NCBI RefSeq assembly: GCF_006345805.1
Contig: NC_043010.1
Coordinates: 45,756,001 to 45,820,000, forward strand
From: Octopus sinensis
Lineage: Eukaryota
Length of the DNA stretch: 64,000 nt
Reading direction: 5' to 3'
Shown here: positions 1 through 13,925 of the stretch, one piece after another
Position numbering within the stretch: position 1 is the stretch's first letter
Layout of the letters: the number at the start of each line of letters is the position of its first letter
Made by a program: the position numbers and the translations under genes
The notes under the pieces: model-generated
Databases searched by the model: none
The model's input: only the letters and a program-made list of their open reading frames with translations
What the model was told of the DNA's origin: nothing

Positions 1-110
1 TTTGACTGAGGGCTGGTGAACCAGATGGCTGCACAAGGCTCCAATCTTGATCTAGCAGAGTTTCTACAGCTGGATGCCCTTCCTAATGCCAACCACTCCG
101 AGACTGTAGG
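1..110 (-). mobile_element. RTE 3'-end fragment
   Basis: TTTCTACAGCTGGATGCCCTTCCTAATGCCAACCACTCCGAGA matches 46918-46962. Confidence 0.8.
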
Positions 111-1533
111 ATGATATAGTATTTCACGAGTAGCTTTTTCTACCAGAAGAATTAAACTTGATGGTATTTATAAGTATGCAAAAAAAAAAATTCAATTCCA
201 CAATGTTAGTCCCTAGTTAGATGTTGGAGAATTCAAACATTGAGCTACATATAATAACCTCTGAGTTCAAATACTTTGTCTCTCATCCTTTCAGGGCCAA
301 TACAAAAAACAAAGTACCAATACAGGATGATTGGGTGATAGATTTGTTAGAGCATCAGGTAAAATGCTTTGTGGAATCTGATTGTTATTTTCCTTTTTGA
401 TGGCAACACTTGTGCCAAGCTGTAACATTTCTTGCCTTTTCCTTACGCATCATCAGCAGTGCAGAGGAAAGAGGTTTGTATGCATGGACAACTGCTAGTT
501 TCACACAAAACGTTTTTCTGGGCCTTCACCTAAAAGGGTAGCTTTACAGGTGTAGAAATCCATGGTAAGCTGTAACCAAAGAAGGCCCTAGATATGAACC
601 TCCAACTGCCCAACTATTTATCAGTCCATTACTTAATCAACTTGGCATTGAATATTGCAAAGCATTTATTCGAATGTTGTCTTAAACTTGCTACTCTTAA
701 ACAAGGTAAAAATTAATGAATATTTTTCTCTCTGGATAATTCAAACATGTAATCAAGCGATGCTACAATGGCTAAAAATCAATGTAAAATTATTTCACCA
801 TTTTGATTTCCATCATCCACCCCACACGTACTCACACACTGATGAAAAAATAATGATGTTAGCTGAGAGATGGCAATGTAATATCATTAGAACAAAAAGA
901 AGAAAAAAAAATGAAATAAAATTATAATATCAGTTTTCAAAGCATGTTAAATTCAAATTATCAATAACATATAAAATTTTAAATTTAGGACATGCTGATA
1001 ATTTCTCATTGATTTCTTTTACATTTTATCCATTGAATGAGTGATTGTTTAATTCAGCTGTATGTGTGAGAGTTGTGCACACTTATGTGTATGTGTTGTG
1101 CACATTTGTGTGTGTGTGTGTGTGTGTGTGTGCATTGCTGGGTGTGTCATTTAAATGTAGACAATATACAACCACTCTTTTAATCCCAATAAGTTTAAAA
1201 TCTATTAAATATTCTTAAAGGTAACTCCCAATAATAGCTTTACTGTTAATAGTTTCATAACTGATTTTGTTGTTGGTAGTGTTGATGGTGCTGTTCATTG
1301 CATGAGAAATGCATCAAAAGTTGATTTTATTTTTTCTTGATAAGAATCAGATACGTGTTTGTGAACATGCATAGAAGCTTTCAACGTTAACAAGGTATAT
1401 TATTATTGTTGTTGTTGTTGTTTGCTTTGGAGAGGGTATATCTAACAAATCTCCTGCAGAATTGGTATATAATCACATGTTACTGCATATCAGGTTTTCT
1501 TTTATTTGTCTAGAGCTTTTGAGTACCCACCTC

Positions 1534-1537
<4 letters not shown>

Positions 1538-1578
<41 letters not shown>
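1538..1578. repeat. (TA)n microsatellite
   Basis: Directly visible. Confidence 0.97.
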
Positions 1579-1583
<5 letters not shown>

Positions 1584-1768
1584 TTGTAACATTCCATTTA
1601 CTTCTCTAACAGTTTGGTTTCTTCATTTGGTTTAGTGTTAAGGTAAATGCAGCATCTGTACTCTCCCACAAATTTCAAAAATGATCTTGTTGAAAATTAT
1701 GAAAATAAAAATATTGTGAAAAAAACAAGAATAAGCAATAAGAAAATATTTATGCAAATGTATATAAT

Positions 1769-2140
1769 AGGTGCAGGTGTGGCTGTGTGGTAAGAATTTT
1801 GCTTCCTAAACACATTGTTCCAGGTTCAGTCCCACCACATGGTGCCTCGGTTAAATGTCTTCTGCTACAAGCCCTGTGAGTAGATTTGGTAGACAGAAAC
1901 CGAAAGAAGCTCGTGTGTATATGTGGAGGGGAGGGGTGTCTTTGTGTATGTGATGTGTTTGTCCCCACTATTGCTTGACAATTACAGTTGGTTTATTTAT
2001 GTCCTTGTAACTTAGTGGTTCAGCAAAAAAGACTAATAAAATAAGTACGAGATGTAATAGATATATGTACAGGGGCCAATTTGTTCGACTAAACCTTTCA
2101 ATGCATGGCCACAGTCCAATGACTGAAACAAGTAAAAGAT
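1769..2140 (+). mobile_element. tRNA-derived SINE family A
   Basis: TGGCTGTGTGG A box, GGTTCAGTCCC B box, central microsatellite, tail CAGCATGGCCACAGTC.AATGACTGAAACAAGTAAAAGA; many copies in the window. Confidence 0.85.
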
Positions 2141-2279
2141 AACAGATACCACTTTAGAAAGTATAGACACAAAGAAAAAGAAACAGATGAATGCATTTGT
2201 ACTGTAAGCACACATATTGGATAGCTGAAATTTGCACAATATTGACAATGAAAATATAGCTTGGCCAATGTTATGAGCA

Positions 2280-3080
2280 TGAGAGAAGTTTTAAATATAG
2301 GATAGCTCCTTGCAAACGATTGTGAGTGAATATGTCATCTTCACTGACAATTCTATCCTCAAAGAAAGAGTAAGGAAGAGAGTGACATCTGCCTCTTGAA
2401 GAGTGATGGGTCTTTCAGTGTGTCCTCAAAGGAGCAATAAAAAGAAGCCCTGTATGAGATGATTTCGTTTCACTCAGCTGCGACTGACATGTAGGCATGT
2501 GTACCTGGTCTTCAGATTAATTTTAAGCTAAGGTAAGAGGCACACGCATCTTCTCACAGGCTGGTGCTACAATATAAAGGACACAACCAGGGACAGGCTC
2601 AGATATTGATTTATGGTTTATCATAACCTTTGCAGTACAGTTTGGGTAGGTTGCAAGCACCAAAGTAACCAGAAATGATAGGTGGTCAGGTGAAGTCTGT
2701 GTGGACATACAAGTACTAATGGTCCCCTAAGACAACAAAACCAATCCAGAACTGTACTCTATTGTGGTGCTGGCAGGAAGCTTGGCTGTTACACATGTCG
2801 TAGTAAGAGCTTCTAGAAAGTTTTTCTACCCTAAGGAGATTAAAAGAGAGATAAGGAGAAAGAACAACAAACAGTAGAACCAGCAACAACAGCAAAAGCA
2901 CCACCAGTTGCAGTTCCAAGGATGGCTAAGGGACTCACCACATCCCTATATCAGATGCCAACAATCAGGAAATCAAATAATGTTGCAGTAATGATCTGCC
3001 AATAAAGAATTTATGACATTGGCCTTGAAATATTGGAGATGCATTGGTAGGCACAAAAGATCATCCTTCTGTTTTATGTA
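2280..3080 (-). mobile_element. Possible decayed LINE 5' / endonuclease region
   Basis: Higher-GC non-microsatellite block with an LSET-like remnant; weak. Confidence 0.3.
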
Positions 3081-3587
3081 GAATAAAAGCAACTAATATT
3101 AAATGTAAAATTATTGCTTTGGAAACAAGTAGTTTGGTTCAAATTTGTGTTTAAAAAACATTTTGATTTTCTTTTTGGCTGATCTCTTTTAAACCATCCC
3201 CTTCCATTTCAGAATGATTTTGTAGGATAGCCTTAAGTGAATTGTTTATTTTCTTCACTAAGTGTTTATTTAGAATATCTATGAATAAGGATTGATACTA
3301 TTAAGTACTTTATTCATATAAAGTACATACTTGTTATTCATCTCATATGTTACAGCTGGTAATAAACACACTGGCTAAAGTAGCATTCAAGTAAAATGAT
3401 GCCAAAAATCAAAAAACATATGTGCACAAGGAAGCAACATGATAAACAAAAGCAAATTAAATTGTTTTACTATGTCAATATCCTATTTTGTGTTGTTCAA
3501 AAGTTGTTGTGTAAATGGAGTTCCTGGTTTTTTAACTATTTCTCTTACATATGATCACAGGAAATATTAAGTGTCAATCCCATTCAT

Positions 3588-3984
3588 AGATGCAGGAGTG
3601 GCTGTACATAAGAAGTTTGTTTCCCAACCACATGGTTCTAGGTTCAGACCTACTGCGTGGCACCTTGGGCAAGTGTTTTCTACTATAGTCTTGGGCCAAC
3701 CAAAGCCTTGTGAGTGGATTTGGTAGATGGGCTGTGAAAGAAGCCCATTGTATGTGTATATATATGTATGTATGTATGTATTTGCGTGTATGTGTTTGTC
3801 CCCTCACTATTGCTTGACAACCAATGTTGATATGCTTACATCCTTGTAACTTAGCAGTTCAGCAAAAGAGACTGATAGAATAAGTACTAGGCTTACAAAG
3901 AATAAATCTTGGAGTTGATTTGTTCAACTCCAGCATGGTCACAGTCAAATGACTGAAACAAGTAAAAGAATAAAAGAAAAGAAA
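3588..3984 (+). mobile_element. SINE family A
   Basis: Full-length match to 54053-54484. Confidence 0.88.
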
Positions 3985-6199
3985 CGGAAAAGTCTATATC
4001 TTGTATAAGCACCTTTTGAGAATTGTCCTACAAAGGGGTTTACAGTTAGATTCATAACTCAATGGATAAAACTTTTGAATATGTTTCAAAAGCTTTACAA
4101 TTTAAATTTTGATATTCTTATTTCAATTGTAAACTCAAGTGGTGTGATGTTAAAATCCTGCATAAGTATTTTTTAAGTAATTAGTCAGAGTAGGATTGGC
4201 CGCTCTCATGGTATTTGTGGTTCCTTTCAGACTGGTACAATTGATCTGGTTGGTGTTTTGTTGGAATTTCTTTAGGTTGATATATGTTAGAAAGACAGAC
4301 AGAGAAGGATTTCCAGAGGACTGTAATCTAAGAAAGAAAGATTTGACAAGTGTTTAATGCAGGGGTTGAAGATAGGGGACAGTAGGGATGACAAGAGAAG
4401 AGGTGTGAATATCAGGTGAGGAGGAGCAGAGGTGATACACAGAGAGTAGAAGCTGTTTTAGTTACAGTAGAAGTAACAGAGAGAGAGAGAGAGAGAGCTG
4501 GTGGTTGTAATATCTAAATAGACACACCTTTGCTTACCAGTTGAATGGTCTTAGATGTGATCAAGGTTGTTTGTGTATACATCATTATGGAAGAGTACAT
4601 CAATGGAGAGCACACGAGTTTTGTAGGCTGAAGCATTTTGTGATATTGAAGAGAAACCCTTGTATTCGAGATATAGTTTTGGTAATGTTGTACATGTGTA
4701 TGTGTGATTTGCCTAGACATTAGAGATCATGCAATTATTGCGAATTTGGAAGTTGTAGTTGTGTGTTGTTCAAAATGCATTAAGTGGTTCTGGTAGTAAC
4801 CTTGTTTTCTTTAAGATATGTCTTCATTGTATCTTTATATTATTAAAAGAGTACAGGTTGTCATGAACCCTATTGAAAGAGGTTTACTAGATGGCGGCCA
4901 ATGCAAGACATGCATGTGGTGTTTATGCTGTGCTTGGTTCATGGTTATATATAGCAATTCACCTTTTTGTCACTATTGTCTTGTTCCATTAGAGGATGTT
5001 ATCAAAGAAATCTTGTTTGCAGTGCATGTTTGGTAACTGGCATGTTGGTTACACGTTGTTCATGTTCATGTGATGAAAGTTACGAATGGGAGATAATATC
5101 ATCTGTGTAAGAGTGAATGTGTTGTTAGAAGTAACAAACAAGTAGGTCATTAATTTATAGAAGAAAGAGTATGAGAGACAGCCAAATCTTGAGGTATATC
5201 TAAGTCAACACTACATTGTGAGGGAGTAATGTTACTAGAAACTTATAATCAAAATGCTCCAGTAATCAAAATGCTTCAGTAATAAGCAAATTTCCAAATT
5301 TGTGAACATCAATTGTTACGTATGCGTATAGAAAGAATTATGTAAAAACAAGCAAAATGGCCAAGTTTCCGTAGTGGTAAATAATTTATCAAAGGATGAC
5401 GAAAGCTATTTTAATAGAATTATAAATTAAATATATTTCCTTTTACAAATGAGGTTTATAAACAACTTATAATTTGCAGACATTTTTGTTACTTTAATTA
5501 TGGTTTTGTGCAGAGAATGGTTGTTGTTGTTGTAATAGTAGTAGTGGTAGTGGTAATGGTAGTAGTAGGATGTATATAGAACTGCATGCAGCTACAGATA
5601 AGATCAAAATAATTGCTTGGTAGGAACACAACGATGAATGAACTCCCATTTCAATCTTTTATTGGTTAACATTGAAGTAATGATGATTTATAATTAAAAA
5701 CAGCAGCAAGCTTTCGTGCCTGTTACATCATGCACTATGAGCTGTTATACAGATGCTCTGTGACTAATTGTCAATGTTATTAGGAGGTTAAAAAGAGTCT
5801 TAACACCTTGACACTCAAACAAGTTGACTCACTAATGTGTCACATCTTTTCTTTTTTATCTTTTGTGGTTATTTTTTTCGTTTTTTGATTTGTATATTAA
5901 AGAGACTTATTTTATATATTTTAGTGGTCTCTCAACAAAACAACAAGAAATGGTTGTTTTTTAGATTGTGGCTTATGGAACTTTAACTAGTCTCTCTGAT
6001 TTTTGTTAAAACATTGGAGTCAGGGAAGTTGACCAGTTAGAACCAGGAAAGCTACTATGTAATATGCTCTCACAATTATTGCAAAATGGAAGTTGCCCTT
6101 TGATCTCACCTACACTCCTCTCTTATCATCATCATCACCACCACCATCATTTCAACATCTTTTCCCTATTCTTATTGTTGTTATTAGTAGTAGATTTGA

Positions 6200-6570
6200 G
6201 ATCTCTATGTGAAAGTGTTGAACTGGAATAATGTGTCCTTGAGAGCAAGCTATGTCCAGCAGCTTCAGATTCCAAGGATTCTTCTTAAAATCCTTGGTTA
6301 TTCCAAGCAATACCACCTGCAGTGGTTCCATACTACATTTGAGTTGTATCTTATCCAGTCATGATTTAAGAGTGATGGTTATCATTCCGTCCATGCCAAC
6401 TACTTTTGGAGTTACATGTGCTTCATTTAAGATCCACATCTTATAAGTTCTCTTTTTAATCCACAGAAATTGATTACTTTTTCTTCCTCTTTACTTTTTT
6501 ATATTTTTGTCTCAGGGAACTGCTATGTCAATAATGTCACATTTTTTTATGTTTCATGTGCAGGACTAAA
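6200..6570 (-). mobile_element. RLE-type LINE C-terminal remnant
   Basis: Minus strand CDIIDIAVP, RMW, PKVVG and VVLLGI motifs. Confidence 0.65.
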
Positions 6571-6802
6571 ATAGTTGGCTGTGGTTTCACTCCCTAGACT
6601 GGTTGGTGTGTTGTGTTTTTGAGCAAAACACTTCATCTCACGTTGCTCTATGATCACTTCAGTACCTGACAGGCAACATCAATTTGATGGAGGGAGGGAG
6701 CTAATGTACAGCACATACATTTGATCACTATAAACAAATCATTTGTGCAGGTCATTCAGCAAAAGCTGAACACTCATACATTGTCTTCAATGAGAGAGTC
6801 CA

Positions 6803-6839
<37 letters not shown>

Positions 6840-7475
6840 AATTGAGTGGATATCAATCTGGTGAACGTGTTAGTTAATAAGGCATAGAGACAAAATGACT
6901 CTCCCCAGACACAACAAAATTAGCATTTATGCTATAATTCTTCTGAGTTTTTACATGTTCTTATCCCAACCCTTGCTAAACAACTTTTCACTCCTTTTGT
7001 AATATGTTTTGTATTGTATGTATGGGCTCACATAGCTAATATAAAATGGATTTTTATTATTGTTGTTGTTATTTTCCATGTTTTCTTCATTTTTTAAAAA
7101 TCAATATTTGCACATGTATTTGTAAATAATAGTAAAGAGAAAGATAAATAAATAACAAGACATTTTAAAATGTTAATTAGATAGATGTGTTTACATATGA
7201 CTGATAAAAAGGCTTTGTTTAAGATTATATGGTTAGATTAATACTGAGAGTTTATGTAGCATAAAAGTATTTTCTAAAGCTATATGCAGTGCAGCAAGTG
7301 CTATAGATTGTTTATACACCAGAGTGATTATTTACAGCTAAATGAAAGAATTACACAGCTAGTTTAGTAATGTAATAGATTAAACAGATTTTTAAAAATA
7401 TGTTTAATACCTTATTTATATTCAATAATTATTACTGTTATAAAATTTTAATTTTTTTTTTCTCTCTACTTTTAG

Positions 7476-7508
7476 GTAAGCAGTCCCATAATTTCTTCTG
7501 GTTGTATG
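7476..7508 (+). other. Candidate 33-nt microexon (GKQSHNFFWLY) or recursive splice site in the upstream part of the ADAM gene
   Basis: Very strong pyrimidine tract + tttAG|GTAAGC, followed 33 nt later by G|GTAATG; no homology support. Confidence 0.35.
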
Positions 7509-8749
7509 GTAATGTATCAAAATATCTTTTAAGTACTTGGTTGTTATTTTATTATAAATTAAGAATTTTTAACAATTCACATTAATTCTAGATGGTAGAA
7601 CTGCTAATTCCTTTGAGACAAAATACTTTGTTAGGTTTTGTTGCACACAATTCATTGTGCTGTTTTATGTTTTGAGTTGAAGTCTTTCCCAGGTCATCTT
7701 TGCTTTTCATCATTCTGAATTATTATACCTAATCAAAGCACAATGACTGAAAAATAAAAGAATTATTCTTGCAAGTCAATTTCTTTTTCTTAGCTGTGTT
7801 AAAAGCACAACGTATACATATTTATGAAGGTTGTGTTAATACACACATATACATGTCTCTCTTTCGAAATATAAGTATTATACATATCATTATCATCATT
7901 GTTTTAACACTCTCTCTTTTCTATGCTTGCATGGGTCGGTGAAGTGTGTTGACTCAGATTTTCGATGTGTAGATTCTCTTCCTGTTGTCAACAATCTCAC
8001 CTGCTTCCAAGTAAGGTAACATCTCCCCATGATCGGAGACATTGAAATCACAGGACACCGCTCTCATGACAGTTACAAACATCAAGGCAAGGAAACAGTA
8101 ACACACACACACACACATATATACACACACACGCATACTCAGCAGGCTTCTTTCAGTTTCTGTCTGCCAAATCCACTTACAAGGTTTTGCTCAACATTTG
8201 TATACATATATGAATACAGTCTATGACAGTAGAATAAATACCTGCAAGCCAAATGTATGACACCATTCCAGCTAATTCATTTCATTTTCTCTAATATATG
8301 TGATTTCTGGTTAGAGTCAATTCCCTGGTGAAGGATAGACTCCACTAGATGACTTACTCATGACATGATTGAAATATATTGTAAATATGCATTATAAAAT
8401 GAGGTTAATAATCAGAAATTATCATTTTAGTGTTAATAACTTTCTATATTTACTTTATAAAATCACTGTCTTTTTAATGTTCCTGGCAAAAAATAAAACA
8501 TGGATATACTTTATAATAGCTACTATCACCTCCTATGGAACCCATAGAGTTAATCAAACAGCAATACATTGTTTGAGATCAATCTTCTAATGCTCACAAT
8601 GGAAAAACTGATAAAAGTTTTCTCTAAATACCATACTGCTCCACACATGGTCAATCACTCCCTGATGATGTGAAAGTACTGGTTGAAACACAGCACATTT
8701 TTGGGACAAAACCTATGAATTGCATGTAGATGCTTGATTTACTATATTG

Positions 8750-8962
8750 GTTTTAAATTTTGGCACAAGGCCAGTAGGTATGGGGGAGAGGCTTAATCAA
8801 TTAAATCAACTCCAGAGTTCAACTAGGACTTACTTTATCGACCCTGAAAGGATCAAAGACAATGTCGACATCTGTGAAATTTGAACTCAGAACACAAAGA
8901 TTGATTAAATGCTACTAAGCATTTTGCCTGGCTTACTAACAAAGTAATAATGCTGTCAGCTT
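8750..8962 (-). mobile_element. SINE family B
   Basis: Reverse match to 14744-14965. Confidence 0.75.
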
Positions 8963-10299
8963 GTTTGATTTACTGTATTCATGCCATAGTCCTCAAGTAA
9001 AGCTCGCTGGATTTGAATTCACTAATATAAGCTAAAAAAAATACATATTTTCTATTAAAATGATATCATTCTGTATAAATTAATTCACTCATTATATATA
9101 GTGCTCTTACTGCTAAGAATAATACACTTTACCTATACATGATACCTATTTAAAATTAGTCAGTCTGAACTACAATGTCTTCTATCCTGGTTACAGCTCT
9201 GTTTAATAGATTCATATAGCATTAAAGAATCATAAAATCTTGGTTTAAATAGAGTATGTTATCTTGTCTGGAGACACCAAATGTTTACACTACTATTTGC
9301 ATAATTACTTGTTCAGTAGATTATTATGTGGAGGAGACAGGGTGTAGATGGGTGTAAAAATTAATATTCAAAAACTGTTTTATGCAGAAGAATATCAAAT
9401 TCATTGGAAACTTGGTCGAACTACTTGTGAGGGAAGCTAAGCAAATTTCTTTAGAAAGAAAACATATTCATGTCAACAAATAATAGTACATGCATTCTAC
9501 TTATTTTAATAATTTCTTTGTAAGGACCAAACACTGTATGGAGAAAGAAGTAAAGGAAGCAGATTGGAAAGTAAATATTTGGGTTAGGGATGGAATGACA
9601 TATGTCTCTTAAATCAGAATTTGCTTCTGATGTGAGAAATAAGATGTAATCCAAGATTTCTTTTCCAGATGAGATTTAGTTTGGAAACAAATATGTTTGC
9701 TTGCTCCTCCTCCTTGTTCATAGAATATTTCAACTTGAATAAAATAAAAAATTCTCTCTGGGCATAAATTTTCTTGGGGTGGTATGATGGCTGAGAAAAG
9801 TAAGTTAACATATAAATCCTTTTTTTTATTTTTTTAGACTTTTTTTACATTCCACTAGTTGCAATATTATCCAGATTAGAAGCAATGAGATTTGATATTA
9901 TCCAGATGGAATGCCAAAATAGTCTCAACAAGTATTTAACTTATTCTGAATGAAAATCTTCCAGTAGATTTCACCTTTACTTTCACCCCTAAGTTGAAAA
10001 ATAAAATTAACATTGATATTATATTGTGATCCATTTGAGTGATTGCACCCCTCTCCACACAAAATTAGGCCACACACATATACATATATCAGTGGCTTTG
10101 TAGATGAGAATATAATTACTCTTAGCTTAGAAATAGAGGTTTTAATTTTTGGTCTAGTTTGGTACTATGTCTACATGTGAAGAATAAAAGCATTTGTGAC
10201 AATCAAAAATCAAATAATCAAAGTGTAGAGTAGATGTAAATATTCTGAAAAAATATTTTATCTCTAAAGATGACGCTGAAAGTTTGAAAAATTACAATC

Positions 10300-11150
10300 T
10301 TATTAACTGGCCTTGGAAATTTTAACAGGGTGGTTAATACTGCACTTGAACTTTTGAGTGATTATGTGAGGGAGGACTCTGATTGTTGTTTATTTCTGGT
10401 TGACAAAAAGAATGGGAGTGTGCTCAACAAGAAGTAGACAAATGCAATCATTAAAAAGAAATGAAAAGATTCAAATAAGATCACTTAATACTTGCAGATT
10501 CAGACAATCATGAAACCTCATGATCATTAAAAGCATTAGTACGGATAGTTAAAGCAATAGGTAAGTGGATAACTACCAACCAAGAGGTTAATATTATTGC
10601 TTAAGCATAGGAGGAAGAGCAGTACTCCTGTCCTCTATAAGTCCTCAGGAGTAAGGATTAAGGTTTTTTTGTGTAGAATCTGGGAGATGAGTAAGGCAGT
10701 AGGACTAGAAAAAGAAGAAGCAGGTATGTTGACTGTATGTAGTTCAGAGGAACAGAATTTACATCTAGTATGGGTTTAATAATTAGCCAGTCCACAGATA
10801 TCCCTTCTTTGGAAGAATGGGTTACATTGCTGTGTGTTAGAGATACTTTTAAAGACACTAAGTCTTCTTTGAGAGATAAGTTACTGATGCAGTCTGAGAA
10901 GTTAGAGCATCCCTTGGTTTCTTGATAGGCTATCTTCAGGGTGTTTCAGAGAGTATGGGTTACAGCTGGATGTTAGGTAGGTGCATTATGTTGATCAAGC
11001 AGTGGTCAGATGATCTGACAGAATGCAGAGATGATGATGGCTGAGTTAATTAAACTAGTTTGTGGATGAAAAAGAGCTTGAGTTTCCTCACAATATTAGT
11101 GCAACAACAAGATACTTAGATCTCAGTAACTAAATCACTACTATAAGCAG
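10300..11150 (-). mobile_element. Decayed CR1/L2-like LINE (end of endonuclease domain to start of RT)
   Basis: Remnant SSDH and PxNYxxxxLL-like motifs on the minus strand; many stops. Confidence 0.45.
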
Positions 11151-12117
11151 TGGCTGTACTAAAATTTTGATATTACAGTATTAAGTTCAATCCTTGCCAA
11201 AAGATTTGTAATAAATCAGTTTCTTATCCCGTCAAAGAGAACTGATTTACTTCTCATTTGCTTAACTCTGCAGAAAGAAAAAAAAGAAAAAAGAGGGATG
11301 GAGCAGTCATATGAATCCTTCTGATTCAGAAATTAAATAACATTTGTTATGTAAGTGAAATAGTTTCAGCTGGATTTTAAAATGGGTCATAGCCCAATTT
11401 CCAATTTATCCTGTCTCAGTTACAGAACAATGGTCCTTTCAGAAAATACTCATATTGTCAATTCTCATTATAAACCAGTTTCAGTGGTGATTAAACTATA
11501 TATTGTTTTTCCCAATTTCAAATCAACTGCAGACACCTCAGTATCAACATTTCCTATCTAATCAAATGACCAAAGCAAAACAAGATACATATTCACACAC
11601 TTTAACCCATTTTAGTAGCTGGCCTTGACTCAATTTTGCATTCTATTAGCTTGAAACCTTAGACTAAAAAAAGGCAGTTTTATTACCTGGGATATCCTGT
11701 CAGATGCATATTTCTGTGTATGTGTGTATGTCTGCATTTGTGTTTTTGTAGTCTGTTGTTTACTCAATTTGGATGCCTATAGAAGAGTGTAGATGTTGTA
11801 TAAAATGGTCAGATGTTATTACAAAAGTAGAAAAGGAAAACATGCTGTTCTTCCTGGAGATAATAACCTGGGCTTTTTGTATTTCCCACCATATAATATC
11901 AGTAGGGTACATCTGTTTTCACTTACAAATTGAAAAACTCTATGTAACAGTAAAATGCATGACAAGGGGAGAGGGTAGGATAAATAAGCAAACCTAGTAG
12001 TATGGTATGATGAAGAGAGAAGATCAAATACATGACAAAACTTCATAATTTTGTTATTGTTTTCATATATGCAAAATTTGACAGTTGATAATGACCTTGT
12101 CTTATATCAACATAGAA

Positions 12118-12296
12118 CTCTTTTAGTTTCAGACATTGGGCTGTGGACATGCTTAGCTATCACCCATCAAAAGTATATGTTTACAGCAGCTGGGTCTCCC
12201 CAAGTGGTTGCCTTTCTAAGTACTAACCAGGTTTGAAGTTGCTGAACTTGGGTGATTGAATGAGAATTTGTGTTTTTAAGTTAGATAGCCATAAGC
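12118..12296 (-). pseudogene. Decayed full-length 5S rRNA copy (12179-12296) fused to a SINE/LINE-type 3' tail
   Basis: Minus strand GCTTATGGCTAT..TTCTCATTCAATCACCCAAGTTCAGCAAC..CCTGGTTAGTACTTAGA..GCTGTAAAC is colinear with metazoan 5S rRNA, with CpG decay; followed by AGCATGTCCACAGCCCAATGTCTGAAACTAAAAGA. Confidence 0.85.
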
Positions 12297-13671
12297 TAAT
12301 ATAACACAATATGCGCATTCACACACTCACTCACTCATGCTGTGCAGCTTGATGTATGTATTCATGAATGATTATGTATTTATAATTACAAATTAGAATC
12401 TGTATCTGTGTGTGTGTGTATAAAACATTCAATAGTGATTTCTTTGTAAATGAAATCACAGTTACATGCTTCAAGCATGATGCAAAACACCATGGTAATA
12501 TATTTTGAAAGATCACACAAAATTAACTAAACTTGCTGAAATCAGTTCAAAGTGAAAGCAGTGAATGTGAAAATGATTGCATATTAGTTGAATACAGTTA
12601 TTACTGGTCATTATTTGACATCTTGATTAATTTAGAAGACTGCTATATAATACAGTTAAACAGCATCAGTACAGTTCCATTTTTTTTTCTTTTGTTTTTG
12701 CATACTCATCTATCACAGGTTACATCTCCAGAAACATTCTAACTATTCCTCATATGAGCTGAAGCAACTTGCAATTAAAAGCTACCCTTAGAAACATAAA
12801 ACATTTGTTGTGGATTTGGGAGTGTGTATTCGCAATTGAATACCAAAATCACTTGATCTTTTAATTTCTTAGTTTTTTCCTCAATATAAGTAAGGCCTCT
12901 GTTAAGTGACATGGTTTCTATAGAGATCTAATCATCTTCCTTTACCACATTTCTTTCATAAAAACCACTCTTGTTTTATGTAGTTTTGGCTAAAGTGAAA
13001 AGGGTGGAACAGGAAATGAAAAATACAATTTTAGAAAGTACAATTGTAAACGTTATTTTTCTGCAGAGTATTGGACAAATATATATTACAGTTTTGAAGA
13101 CAAATTTCCAATAAACATTATTGCATGTTTTAAAAACTATTTATGTGAAATGATTTTGTTATAAACTCATAGGAATTTCAAACTATATATTGTCTTACTG
13201 GAAGTAGCTTCATTATGTAGACTATATAAAAAAAAAAAATAATGATATAGGTTTTAAAAATTAACTTTAAATCCCACTAGTGTTTCTTACAACTATGTTT
13301 TGGTTATATTTAAAAAGGTCACTCACATGTATGTCTGCATATTTTCTTTTTCCCCCTTTGTTCTCTTTATCTACCTCTTCTCTCTGCTGATCATATACAT
13401 CCAACTTCAGCCTTTCTCTCAACTAGCTATCACTTGCTGTGATTTTAATGATAGAGTATGTCTGTGAGACTCAGTTCACATAATAATGTTTGATGTGATG
13501 ATCTGCTTGTGGCATCACCATTCTCTATTGTAGATGGACCCCCATTATATACAGAAATCATTTCTTGTTCTATACACTAGATAGATAAGTGATATCTGAG
13601 AGTAGGTAATGTTATTGATGGAACACCAGTAAATTCCCAGCCAATGAACAATCAAGAAGGCATATACATAT

Positions 13672-13925
13672 CTTTTTTTACTTGTTTCAGTCATTAGACT
13701 GTGGCCATACTGGGGCACCCTTTAAAGAATTCTTTGTTGAATAAATCAGCCTCAGTATGTTTTTTATTTTTAAGCCTGGCACTTATTCTGTCAGTCACTT
13801 TTTGCCAAACGACCAGGTTACAGGGATGTAAACACACCAACATCAGTTGTCAAGTGGTGGTGGTGGTGGTGTGGTGGTGGTGGTGGGGTTCCAACAAAGG
13901 CACACATACATCAAAGGCACACACA
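13672..13925 (-). mobile_element. SINE family A, 3' half
   Basis: TTACTTGTTTCAGTCATTAGACTGTGGCCAT tail and body. Confidence 0.8.

Noticed and set aside
8658-8706. CTGATGA..GAAAC hammerhead-like spacing
   Set aside because: No convincing stem II or stem III with a cleavage triplet.
12179-12296. Functional 5S rRNA gene
   Set aside because: Many substitutions including CpG decay, not in a tandem array, and attached to a retroposon tail.
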